63,887 bases of DNA from a virus. Its lineage: Duplodnaviria > Caudoviricetes. The number at the start of each line of letters is the position of its first letter. Position 1 is the first letter of the stretch. Both the position numbers and the translations under genes were made by a program. Location of the stretch: IMG/VR virus record IMGVR_UViG_3300027659_000033, positions 1 to 63,887 of that record; one strand, given 5' to 3'. This document shows positions 36,730-45,482 of this stretch, one piece after another. The notes under the pieces are model-generated. The model ran no database searches, was not told where the DNA came from, and worked only from the letters and a program-made list of their open reading frames with translations.

Positions 36730-37476
36730 TTATCCGACAAAGAAATCTGGCGGCATTTGATATTTCGTATCAAAATCAGTCTCTATTTTTTCAATGTCAT
36801 TTATCGCATCTTCGTAAATCGCACGCCCATTTAGAGTAATTCCACCGGGCAACGTCATGCCTTCGAATTTCAACAAATTCGTCCCCCATTGCTTTTTCAG
36901 CAACGCGGTAAGATATTTCTTAAGAAGCATGTCATTATATACATCAGTATAGTCATTCGGGTTTATCGTTTGATAACCTTCAACTATAATATATTGGCCT
37001 ATATGTATATAAGTTTTCCAATCATCTTGAATACTAAGACGATTCATATGACGAGTAAATATAATCTGCTGTGTTGAACCGGTGAGTATAAGTTCAATTG
37101 AGCTCATATACTGCTTCGTCATTTCATAGTTAACAAGTGAACCGGGCTGGCGAAGGCCATACAAGTCATTCAAAAACATTTGATATTTAACACTAAACAT
37201 ATCAGCAGCATCGCCACTACTTAAGTTTAGTACACGCAATACGGAAATAAGTTGGTCAGGCAGCGTAATATAGTTGTTATCATAGTCCGCTTGTGTGACC
37301 TGATGCTTTAAGAATGTACGTACGACCGCGTCGCTATGATACTCTTGATAAAACTGAAGTGCCTCATCAATGCGATCTTCGATCTGATCCTCATCAATAT
37401 TAATTTCAAGTACTGGAGCGCCTAATGCCCTTAGGCAATAGTCAGCAAGTTCTTGTCGTGATGTTGGTTTTGCCAT
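36730..37476 (-). CDS. gp13: Neck protein
   Basis: YCLRALGAPVLEINI, QWGTNLLKF..LPGGITLNG; late promoter at 37484-37491. Confidence 0.95.
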   Translation of the reverse strand: MAKPTSRQELADYCLRALGAPVLEINIDEDQIEDRIDEALQFYQEYHSDAVVRTFLKHQVTQADYDNNYITLPDQLISVLRVLNLSSGDAADMFSVKYQMFLNDLYGLRQPGSLVNYEMTKQYMSSIELILTGSTQQIIFTRHMNRLSIQDDWKTYIHIGQYIIVEGYQTINPNDYTDVYNDMLLKKYLTALLKKQWGTNLLKFEGMTLPGGITLNGRAIYEDAINDIEKIETDFDTKYQMPPDFFVG

Positions 37477-37492
37477 AATATATTATTTATAC

Positions 37493-38299
37493 TCAATGTC
37501 CTTTAGTGACAGGATTGTATGCAATCTTTTCAGTTAATACTGAAGAGTATACGCTCGATTCTGGAGATAAGTATTCAAATAATAATACCCCAGCGCCTTC
37601 TGGTCCATTGCCAAATTCTATTGTCAACGGATAATACAGATCAGCAACCATATTAAATGTACCTGTGCTGTCTTGAACCCCATGCAGACCAGGTACACCT
37701 ACTATATAGTTGCTCATAGTCCTATTAGCATCAAATGCATCAGGACCAAGCCACAGATAGCTAGCATCATCTGAAGCGAGTTTAAATGTATATAGTCCGC
37801 TTACATTGGGTTTAAAATAACCTCTTATGATAAGACTCTCGTTGTTTGGAACTGCAGAATAGTTTCCATAGACTACACTCGCAACTTCTTCAGATTTTAG
37901 AGGAGGGCCTACGCTAGCAGTTCCAGAATTTGTCGGAGGCGATGCACCAATATAAAATACACCTTTGCCAACTGCTGGAAATGGTTGGACTAATGATTCT
38001 GGTGTATCATATTCTGGTTGCGGTATAAACCCCCAATCTTGCCAATCTGTCTGTGTTGTTGCAACTCCAGCATTGACAATTTGAAAGTACGAAGGCGGAA
38101 CTTCAAACCCAAACGTAGTTAACAGCCTGCTGCTAAAAAACCCATTGTCGTCATTGAAATACCCGTAATATTGCTTTGTGTACAGACCAGCTTGTAAATT
38201 TAATGCACTTACATCCCATGAATTGGGATCACCGGAAACAGCAGTGCCATACTTGTATGACAAATCCAATCCAAGGCCAAATCTAACTCCTTGAAACAT
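37493..38299 (-). CDS. PA14-domain (carbohydrate-binding) virion protein
   Basis: GYFKP..SGLYTFKLASDDASYLWLG..YYPLTIEFG; N-terminal FGLGLDL. Confidence 0.8.
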   Translation of the reverse strand: MFQGVRFGLGLDLSYKYGTAVSGDPNSWDVSALNLQAGLYTKQYYGYFNDDNGFFSSRLLTTFGFEVPPSYFQIVNAGVATTQTDWQDWGFIPQPEYDTPESLVQPFPAVGKGVFYIGASPPTNSGTASVGPPLKSEEVASVVYGNYSAVPNNESLIIRGYFKPNVSGLYTFKLASDDASYLWLGPDAFDANRTMSNYIVGVPGLHGVQDSTGTFNMVADLYYPLTIEFGNGPEGAGVLLFEYLSPESSVYSSVLTEKIAYNPVTKGH

Positions 38300-38303
38300 A
38301 AAA

Positions 38304-38594
38304 TTAGAATAATACTGTTACAGCAGCAGCAGATATAGTAGTTCCACTATCGACTATACGCTGACCACCAAGAGGCCATACTCCTGGGCTCAATGTAAGT
38401 ATAGCTGTTTCACCATCTACGCCTTCAATTTCAATGGTTCCATTAGCAGTACCAGGGGCGATATATAGTCCAGCAAACACTTTGCCCGCAGTCGGTGTGT
38501 AAAAACCAGGATCACCCGTAAAAGCTAATGCCTCATATGCAACTGCAGAGGAGTTTTGGTGTATTAAACCTTTTTCGTAAACGTTTGTACTCAT
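38304..38594 (-). CDS. Small virion/decoration-like protein
   Basis: Late promoter at 38601-38608; beta-rich, GLYI..G..RIVDSGTT. Confidence 0.55.
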   Translation of the reverse strand: MSTNVYEKGLIHQNSSAVAYEALAFTGDPGFYTPTAGKVFAGLYIAPGTANGTIEIEGVDGETAILTLSPGVWPLGGQRIVDSGTTISAAAVTVLF

Positions 38595-38608
38595 ATATTC
38601 TATTTATA

Positions 38609-38761
38609 TTAATCTCTTATAGAGATTCCAGCACATATTGAAATACACAACGCAAATAGTATAATACCGTGCTGTGCTACCATCTCAGCAGTATTTAAAC
38701 AATTAAATGTAAACATACATAAAATTGAAACAAATACCGCGAGGATGACATTCTTGTTCAT
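38609..38761 (-). CDS. 50-aa two-TM membrane protein (not in ORF track)
   Basis: Manual translation MNKNVILAVFVSILCMFTF...GIILFALCISICAGISIRD; ATGA overlap with the upstream ORF. Confidence 0.6.
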   Translation of the reverse strand: MNKNVILAVFVSILCMFTFNCLNTAEMVAQHGIILFALCISICAGISIRD

Positions 38762-39078
38762 GGCTTGTTAATAAATTTTTCGGGCGCGCGTTCAAAGTGT
38801 TTAGCTAATTTAATAATTCCATTAATAATTTCTGGAGAAACAACCCCAATAATACCATATGTGATTGCCTTATAAAGGCTAGGTATATCTGTTTGTTCTA
38901 GTATAAACCACGCAATTGCTGAAGCAATAGCAGCTGAAGCAATATTTTTAAATTGCTCAAGAATAGTGTATTCTTTTTTTGCTGTCAAGAGTCGAGCAAG
39001 CATTCCTGCTGCGCCAACTAGAGGTATTATCCAACCGCCCTCTAGAAACTCTTGTAACATTGATCTTTCTGGTTCCAT
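38758..39078 (-). CDS. Holin-like membrane protein (3 TM)
   Basis: Three hydrophobic segments and a charged C-terminal tail. Confidence 0.5.
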   Translation of the reverse strand: MEPERSMLQEFLEGGWIIPLVGAAGMLARLLTAKKEYTILEQFKNIASAAIASAIAWFILEQTDIPSLYKAITYGIIGVVSPEIINGIIKLAKHFERAPEKFINKP

Positions 39079-39153
39079 TTATAACTATATTTTTAAAATA
39101 TGAAACATTATATAACGTCTATCAACATATTGTTATTTATAAAAATATGTTTT

Positions 39154-39825
39154 TTATCTAATTAAATTGTGTTCAACCGCGTATTTATAGAAAAGTTCCT
39201 CATGAAAGCTTCGTATACTATACTTTAGTGCTATTTCATCCAATGAACAATGAAAGGCATGAGTAATATCATAGACTGCCTGCAATGACCCACAATAGTA
39301 GTTGTCTACACCCTTTACATGTCTATACTGATGTGGATACTTTAAACTTAGCCCTTCCCCAGCAGTCGTCATCTTTAACAGGTTTTTAACTGGAGTGTAA
39401 CATACTTTTGTAGTAAATTTATCATACCGAGTGCTTACTACAAGATCATAATCATGCCTATGGTTATTATGTAGATGTGATATGAGTTTGAACTTACCAG
39501 CCCACATTCGTTTCCATGCAATACGCGGACACGTATTTATCTTTCCTTCTAAGTTTCCATGCAGTTGGCACTTAGAGTCGTCGTCAACTATAATTTGTTT
39601 TATGTTGTATTTGCTAAAATAATCTTTAAGCACAGAACGAGTAACAATAAAACTGCTATCAGTATTAAGTTTTCGATAGGAACTTTGCGCCTCAGACGTG
39701 TTCCAAGTATGCAAAAATAAATCAACGCTATGACCATACCCCTCTAGTATGCCTATATAGTTTGCTAGACCCAAATCTGTCAAGCCGTCTCTAACGTGCC
39801 CTCGTATACAAAACGCTATTTTCAT
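39154..39825 (-). CDS. Putative glycosyltransferase-like protein (paralogue 2)
   Basis: [41 protein letters not shown]; in operon with glf. Confidence 0.55.
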   Translation of the reverse strand: MKIAFCIRGHVRDGLTDLGLANYIGILEGYGHSVDLFLHTWNTSEAQSSYRKLNTDSSFIVTRSVLKDYFSKYNIKQIIVDDDSKCQLHGNLEGKINTCPRIAWKRMWAGKFKLISHLHNNHRHDYDLVVSTRYDKFTTKVCYTPVKNLLKMTTAGEGLSLKYPHQYRHVKGVDNYYCGSLQAVYDITHAFHCSLDEIALKYSIRSFHEELFYKYAVEHNLIR

Positions 39826-40493
39826 AAAATACCAATATCATAGGCATGCCGATAAACTAATTCCTCTTGATTAACTATATTGGGATATTTAGCACTAATG
39901 CTATCTAGGTTAAGGTGAAAATCATTTACAATCTTATGCATATTTTCTAACGTTCCAATATAAAAATTATCAACCCCTATTATACTGTGCGAATAGTCTG
40001 GATACTTAAATGCAAAACTTTGTTTTTTAGCGATCAGTCGACGTAAATGTTTTGGTGGAGTGTAACATATTGGAGTCGTAAAATAATCATAACGTGTATT
40101 AATGATTGCATCATATTTAACACCGGATGTATAGGCTGCATTTATAACTGAAACCTGGCCAGCCCACATTCGTTTCCATGCAATTATAGGACATATACTT
40201 TTACAAACTACTCCAGTTTTAATTCCACGTATTTTTACCTTTAAGTCGTTTTCTATAATCACTTTAGACACATTAAAGTTTTTAAAATAACTGCGCAGTA
40301 ATTCTTCCTTAACTTCAAAAATATTAGATCTATCGAGTGTTTTATAACTACTTTTTGCCTCAGACTCGGTCCACGCATGACAATAAATGTCAAGTGAGTG
40401 CCCATCGGACTCACACAGACTAATAAACTCTCGTAAAGAACTAGTGAAAAGTCCGTCCCTGATATGTCCTCGTATACAAAACGCTATTTTCAT
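39822..40493 (-). CDS. Putative glycosyltransferase-like protein (paralogue 1)
   Basis: [41 protein letters not shown]. Confidence 0.55.
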   Translation of the reverse strand: MKIAFCIRGHIRDGLFTSSLREFISLCESDGHSLDIYCHAWTESEAKSSYKTLDRSNIFEVKEELLRSYFKNFNVSKVIIENDLKVKIRGIKTGVVCKSICPIIAWKRMWAGQVSVINAAYTSGVKYDAIINTRYDYFTTPICYTPPKHLRRLIAKKQSFAFKYPDYSHSIIGVDNFYIGTLENMHKIVNDFHLNLDSISAKYPNIVNQEELVYRHAYDIGIL

Positions 40494-41488
40494 AAATCTC
40501 TTAACTTTAGCATAACATGCTTAATTGCCATCCACATGTCTAAATATTTATAAGTTGCAAGACGCCCAACAAAAATTACTCCTTCCTCCTCCTTTGCGAG
40601 TGTCTCATAGCGGCGATACATTTCTTGTCCCTCACCCCAAGGAATTGGGTAAAATGGCACGTCGTTTGGTCCGCACTCCTTTGGATATTCTCGAGTAACC
40701 ACTGTTGGGCCAACATGACCCGGCGTCCAAGCGCTGTGATCATAGACACGAGTGTATTCCACATCTTTGTTATTTTGATTAACAATAAACGTATCAGTCT
40801 TTTCACAAAGTACGTCATGCTCAAAACGCAACGAACGATAAGGTAATCGTCCATACACCGTTCCAAAATAACTATCAATTTTACCAGTATACACAATCAA
40901 GTCAGACGGCTGACGTTCATGCACCCAACGATCTTCCTCACAGTTTAAGTGTACGGTAATGCCGTCAAGCATTCGCTTAAACATTTCCGTATAACCATCC
41001 TTTGGAACACACTGATACTTTTGTCCCTCAAACCAGGTAGGGTCCTCAGCATCTGCAGTTTTAGGAATGCGATTTGTAATCGTCTTTGGAATCTCTTCAA
41101 ACGGCACTCCCCATTGCTTTTCGCTATAGTCCTTAAAAATATACTCTATAATCTCTTCTTGTGAGAGCTCTCTTCCAAGCTCAGAGATTGTTTTTTTACT
41201 GTATGGCAAACTAACGAGTCCAAGGCGTGTTTGACCCTTAGGCTGTAGTGCAAATGGAATCCATTCAGTATAACGACTTAAAAACGCATAGACGTCTTCG
41301 TCATCAGTATGGAAAATATGCGGGCCATACTGATGAACAAGTGTATTTGTAATATAGGCATCGGCGCAGTTTCCTCCAATATGAGAACGAGTCTCATAAA
41401 TCTCTACGTGGTATCCTTTTTCTTTTAGCAACACCGCTGCGGAGATACCCGACAGCCCACACCCAATTATTTTAGCACTTTTTTTCAT
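40490..41488 (-). CDS. glf: UDP-galactopyranose mutase (start probably MKKSAK at 41488)
   Basis: [11 protein letters not shown] motif, [31 protein letters not shown]. Confidence 0.92.
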   Translation of the reverse strand: MKKSAKIIGCGLSGISAAVLLKEKGYHVEIYETRSHIGGNCADAYITNTLVHQYGPHIFHTDDEDVYAFLSRYTEWIPFALQPKGQTRLGLVSLPYSKKTISELGRELSQEEIIEYIFKDYSEKQWGVPFEEIPKTITNRIPKTADAEDPTWFEGQKYQCVPKDGYTEMFKRMLDGITVHLNCEEDRWVHERQPSDLIVYTGKIDSYFGTVYGRLPYRSLRFEHDVLCEKTDTFIVNQNNKDVEYTRVYDHSAWTPGHVGPTVVTREYPKECGPNDVPFYPIPWGEGQEMYRRYETLAKEEEGVIFVGRLATYKYLDMWMAIKHVMLKLRDL

Positions 41489-41496
41489 AAAATAGT

Positions 41497-41525
41497 ATTT
41501 TATCACGGTTTACGCCTAAAGTAAA
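41497..41525 (-). promoter_or_regulatory. Early-type promoter for the glf operon
   Basis: GTTTACT-N17-TAAAAT with TG extension; ATG 8 nt downstream. Confidence 0.6.
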
Positions 41526-41540
41526 CATAAATATATCTAT

Positions 41541-41726
41541 ATGAAAATTAATGAAAAAGTATACGTAAACAGTGAATTTAAAGATCTTCTCCGCGGCATG
41601 AATATTGGTATTGTCGACTATATTGAAGTTTATAAAGTTGAAGGCGACAAAGTATTTTTTAAAGCAAACAGCGCGCGCCTGCACCTAACAAAAGATGATT
41701 TTGAAGAGGTGCGACTCGGCGCCTAA
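41541..41726 (+). CDS. Hypothetical small beta-rich protein, divergent from glf
   Basis: Fills the gap between glf and cassette B; CATAAATA at 41526-41533. Confidence 0.6.
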   Translation: MKINEKVYVNSEFKDLLRGMNIGIVDYIEVYKVEGDKVFFKANSARLHLTKDDFEEVRLGA

Positions 41727-41729
41727 TAT

Positions 41730-42056
41730 TTAACCCCACCACAAACTCGGTACGTTGGGGTCGTTAGACGGTCGACGTACTGCTGTTTCGTTGCCATCTT
41801 CATCAGTGGTAATTTGATTTGATGACCAGTAAATAAAGTCGCTAGCTCCGTCTGGAATTGCTATGCCAACGAGGTCACGAAAAAGTATCCAATATTGTCC
41901 GTCGCCGTTGTGTTCGCCAATTTCGCATAGGGCATGCTCGTGACTGGCGAGTGACGAAACTACCATACCGTCTTCGTCTCTATGTGCAAATCCTGTTGCA
42001 AGACCAAACGCTTCGGCAACCTGTTTAGAAGAGAATCGTAATATATAATCAGTCAT
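41730..42056 (-). CDS. Cassette B gene 3 (108 aa; start reassigned to MTDYIL)
   Basis: Paralogue of 22865..23191. Confidence 0.75.
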   Translation of the reverse strand: MTDYILRFSSKQVAEAFGLATGFAHRDEDGMVVSSLASHEHALCEIGEHNGDGQYWILFRDLVGIAIPDGASDFIYWSSNQITTDEDGNETAVRRPSNDPNVPSLWWG

Positions 42057-42060
42057 AAAG

Positions 42061-43224
42061 TTATCCCGCAAACGGTGCAAATGATGCAGTAATTACTGCC
42101 ATTGCAGTATTACCAGTAACTGAACCCATTGATCCAGAGAATGTGCATGTCTGTGTCATCACCGGAGTGCCTCCACCAGTTGAAGCAACTGCAAGTGTTG
42201 TAGTCGGTGTATTACTTAAAATTGTATTTCCCGCTATGCCATAGTACAAAGATGCAGTGCCAAGCCCGTCTGAACTTATCAATATATTAACGTTTGTCTG
42301 TAGACTGGCCGTAGCAAAAATTGGGGAAAATATTGGTTTTTTTGCAACTTGAGTGTTTGTCAATATAGCTATTGATGGAATAAATACTGTTCCAGTAGCA
42401 GAAATTTCTGAAATTCTAAACGTAGTGTTACTTGGCGTTTCGCATATAAAATATGTTGTAGTTGTTAGGACTCCGCTACCTGCTTGTGCTGCAGTAAATC
42501 GAACGCGATCTCCAACAGTAAATCCATGCGAAGTTCCAGTCGTTATTGTCATAAGTCCACTAGTATCACATATTACTGAAATTGTCCCATCTTGAAACCA
42601 CAACCTAAAACCATTAATATCACATATTATGCCAATACCACGACCACATGGAAGACCCCCATTCCAATTATTACTAATTCCAGCCCAATATTCTGAGGTT
42701 GATCCGGTCACTTGTTCACAATTATTAAGCTTTAAAGCTATTGAAAATGGATTATTCCAATCAAGTGCCCCGCCACTCGCAGAGTTGAGATAGCACGTAC
42801 CAAATTCTTTGCGTGCCCATGAAGTATGATTACAAAGTTTACCACTACCATCGTCTGATCCTGTATTTAGTATTGCTCTGGTTCTAGTATCCATCCATAT
42901 ATCGTCGCCACTATTCCCAATTGTCAAAGCACTTGTTCCACCTCTAACATTCCATGTCCTGGTAGTGTTAAACCGTTGTACAGTACTTTCTTGCATCATC
43001 AACTCACGTCGTATGGTAGAGCGATTTATGACACTGTGCTGAGTAAGAGAAACTTGTTGAGTTAACTCAAGTTGGCCATTGCATTCGCCATTAAATGTAG
43101 GACTAATAAGTGTTTTATTAGACAGATTTTCAGGAGCTGTTCTAGTAATAGTTTCGTTTAAACCTAGAGCGCCGAGTACAGCACTTTTTTGTGTAGATGT
43201 TAAGGTAGTTAATTCGATTGCCAT
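42061..43224 (-). CDS. Cassette B gene 2: fibre/adhesin-like protein (387 aa)
   Basis: ENLSNKTLISP, QRFN, LISSDG.GTASL.Y, FAPFA shared with 23193..24356. Confidence 0.7.
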   Translation of the reverse strand: MAIELTTLTSTQKSAVLGALGLNETITRTAPENLSNKTLISPTFNGECNGQLELTQQVSLTQHSVINRSTIRRELMMQESTVQRFNTTRTWNVRGGTSALTIGNSGDDIWMDTRTRAILNTGSDDGSGKLCNHTSWARKEFGTCYLNSASGGALDWNNPFSIALKLNNCEQVTGSTSEYWAGISNNWNGGLPCGRGIGIICDINGFRLWFQDGTISVICDTSGLMTITTGTSHGFTVGDRVRFTAAQAGSGVLTTTTYFICETPSNTTFRISEISATGTVFIPSIAILTNTQVAKKPIFSPIFATASLQTNVNILISSDGLGTASLYYGIAGNTILSNTPTTTLAVASTGGGTPVMTQTCTFSGSMGSVTGNTAMAVITASFAPFAG

Positions 43225-43232
43225 AAATATAT

Positions 43233-44819
43233 TTATAATGTTATTGTAACGCCTTCATCATATAGCGTAATTTGTTCTGTTCCTAGAAGTAGTGTTTCGG
43301 TTGTGGTTGTAGTAAGTGCTTGAAGCGTGGTGTCAGACATATTTTTAATATAGTACTTGACCTCTGTTACAATCCCAGTGTTATTTGCCAGTATTTCAAA
43401 TACTGGTGAAACTATATTAAATAGACTTCCGTCATGACTTATTGTACTAATAGTTGAACCGTTTAAAGACGCTCTACAAGTCGACCCTTCAACTGAAATT
43501 GCAATTTTATTTTTATTTGTAAGACGAACATCGCTAAAGTAAACTTTTGCGGAACCATCCCACGCAACCAACGCTTCATTAGTAAATCCACTACCTGGAA
43601 AGTTTGCATACAACCAGCGTTTAGATAAACTGTGTGAAAGAATCCGTAGAGAACTTCCAGCAATATTTTGCGCTAACTGAAATTCTATAAAAAATGTGCC
43701 ACCTTTGGTATTCCATATTTCACCAAATTGAGTTGTTGGAACACTGCACACATCAAGTGCGCGCACTGTAGCATCTATTGTTGTGGGTATATAACTACTT
43801 ACATTTCTACCAACTTCCACTTGATAACCCCACACATAAGCGGTACGCCCTGCTCCAATGTCAGTTCCAGGAACTCCAGTTGAAGAGGTAAGAATAAAGT
43901 CTGTTGTGGTCGCCGCCGCTGCATTTGTTGTCCCACTAACAACTAAGCGTACCCACCCATTTGGAAAAGATATTGCTCTTCCAACTGTAGTAGAGCCGTT
44001 TGCATCAAAGGTTAATGTATCAAGATCAAAAAATGGAACTGCATTTCCAACTGGTCGTAACGTATTAAAATCCAAAGATACATATCTCCAGTTGCCCTTT
44101 TTAACGAAAGCACTAACTGTATAATACGCGCCTAACGAGTATGTTATGCTATTAAGTGATCGACAAAATCCGCCGTAGTCGCCACTAATAGAAGTTAGTA
44201 ACGTAGCTTTATTTGTACCGTCTGGGCTGTTTTCTGTTGAAAGCACTCGAGTGCCATTTCCGGTCCATAGATGCATTTCACCGCTGTGAGTCACAAAATT
44301 TGTTGAGTTGCGCTCAACAAGTAGTCCAGGACATTTAAGCGAGACTGGATCATGGTCGCGCCTCGCTCCGCGATAAGAGACCCACCAATTTGATGCTATA
44401 GTTGTACCAATTTTACCAGTAACTTTAAGAGTAAGTGTAGTGTCGGTCTTATGTATTATATTTCCAGCAATGTTATGACCGTCACCAGACGAGTCCGGTA
44501 ATAAAAATTTATCGTCTCCAGTAAGGTCTTGCATTATAACAACTGCTGCACCGTCAAGCCAACCAACTACATCACCTGGCGGCACATCAATTGTTACAAC
44601 TGAACCAACAGGGTATCGAAGAGGATTAAGAGGCGTAACTGTTTTAGTTTTACCGACAATTCTTCCATTTTCATTTACAAACGTACCAGAACTTGCGCGT
44701 ATAAGTGTTGGTGTCGGGCCAACTTGACCCATACCAGACACATAATCTGCGTAATCAATATCAATAGACGGCCCAATATCTCTTCTTCTCTGTTGAGAAA
44801 TTATATGATTTAAACTCAT
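43233..44819 (-). CDS. Cassette B gene 1: head-spike/fibre tip protein (528 aa)
   Basis: RASSGTFVNENGRIVGKT, IHKTDT, NEALVAWDG, LQALTTTT shared with 24367..25935; late promoter at 44827-44834. Confidence 0.7.
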   Translation of the reverse strand: MSLNHIISQQRRRDIGPSIDIDYADYVSGMGQVGPTPTLIRASSGTFVNENGRIVGKTKTVTPLNPLRYPVGSVVTIDVPPGDVVGWLDGAAVVIMQDLTGDDKFLLPDSSGDGHNIAGNIIHKTDTTLTLKVTGKIGTTIASNWWVSYRGARRDHDPVSLKCPGLLVERNSTNFVTHSGEMHLWTGNGTRVLSTENSPDGTNKATLLTSISGDYGGFCRSLNSITYSLGAYYTVSAFVKKGNWRYVSLDFNTLRPVGNAVPFFDLDTLTFDANGSTTVGRAISFPNGWVRLVVSGTTNAAAATTTDFILTSSTGVPGTDIGAGRTAYVWGYQVEVGRNVSSYIPTTIDATVRALDVCSVPTTQFGEIWNTKGGTFFIEFQLAQNIAGSSLRILSHSLSKRWLYANFPGSGFTNEALVAWDGSAKVYFSDVRLTNKNKIAISVEGSTCRASLNGSTISTISHDGSLFNIVSPVFEILANNTGIVTEVKYYIKNMSDTTLQALTTTTTETLLLGTEQITLYDEGVTITL

Positions 44820-44829
44820 ATTTTTATAT

Positions 44830-45018
44830 TTATAGATCGTCGAGATGACGACTTAAGACTAGCAGCGAACTAGCTGTCACTCCTTGTAAATCAATGTCTG
44901 TGAGTTCAGACAACATTCGCCCACCTTCTGAAAATGTAGAGGCACTTATAATGTTTGTTCCACTTATAACAGATTGAAGCGACGGCGTCTCACGTATAAT
45001 TGATGTTATATCAGACAT
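44830..45018 (-). CDS. Small structural protein, possibly C-terminally truncated
   Basis: LSELTDID..SLLV motif that ends before the usual aromatic..KW/F segment. Confidence 0.55.
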   Translation of the reverse strand: MSDITSIIRETPSLQSVISGTNIISASTFSEGGRMLSELTDIDLQGVTASSLLVLSRHLDDL

Positions 45019-45356
45019 TAAATTGGTTGTGTTGAGGCTGGTGATATTTCAACTTGCCCTTCTGCCACCCGCACCACGTGACCTCCAACATTATATATTT
45101 CAACATCATAAACATACCGCCCTGACTTCATGGCTCGAGTTTGAACCGCCGTTAGTGATAAGGCTACCTGTCCTTCTGGAGGAGTATTAATTGATGTAGC
45201 AAATGGTACAGAGTTACTTGATGTGTAGCTCTTACGAATTTGAGCTCGTGATGAGTATCCAGTAAGGTTATATGGTAACCCGTTGGCATCTTTTACGTCA
45301 ATAATTGATGAGTAGGTACTGCCCTGATCGATATAAATGTTATTGTATATTGCCAT
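45018..45356 (-). CDS. Virion structural protein (Ig-like, DQGST family)
   Basis: IYIDQGSTY, AQIRKSY, GRYVYDVEI, RVAEGQVEISP; late promoter at 45364-45371. Confidence 0.8.
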   Translation of the reverse strand: MAIYNNIYIDQGSTYSSIIDVKDANGLPYNLTGYSSRAQIRKSYTSSNSVPFATSINTPPEGQVALSLTAVQTRAMKSGRYVYDVEIYNVGGHVVRVAEGQVEISPASTQPI

Positions 45357-45482
45357 ATAGCATTATTTATAAAAATTTATTTCTATAAAGTTTATGTCGA
45401 GTTTTACCAATCGGACCAGTTGGCTTTACAATCAAGTTCAGTTTGTAAGTTTACTCTACTAACTATTAGTAATAGATTGAAT

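Noticed and set aside
22865-44819. DGR template/variable repeat or invertible shufflon explaining the duplicated cassette
   Set aside because: Both copies are full-length ORFs in the same orientation, differences are not adenine-specific, and no RT or recombinase is in the window
45380-45482. Possible gene remnant (TELDCKANWSDW*) in an intergenic gap
   Set aside because: No start codon or supporting context; too short to support
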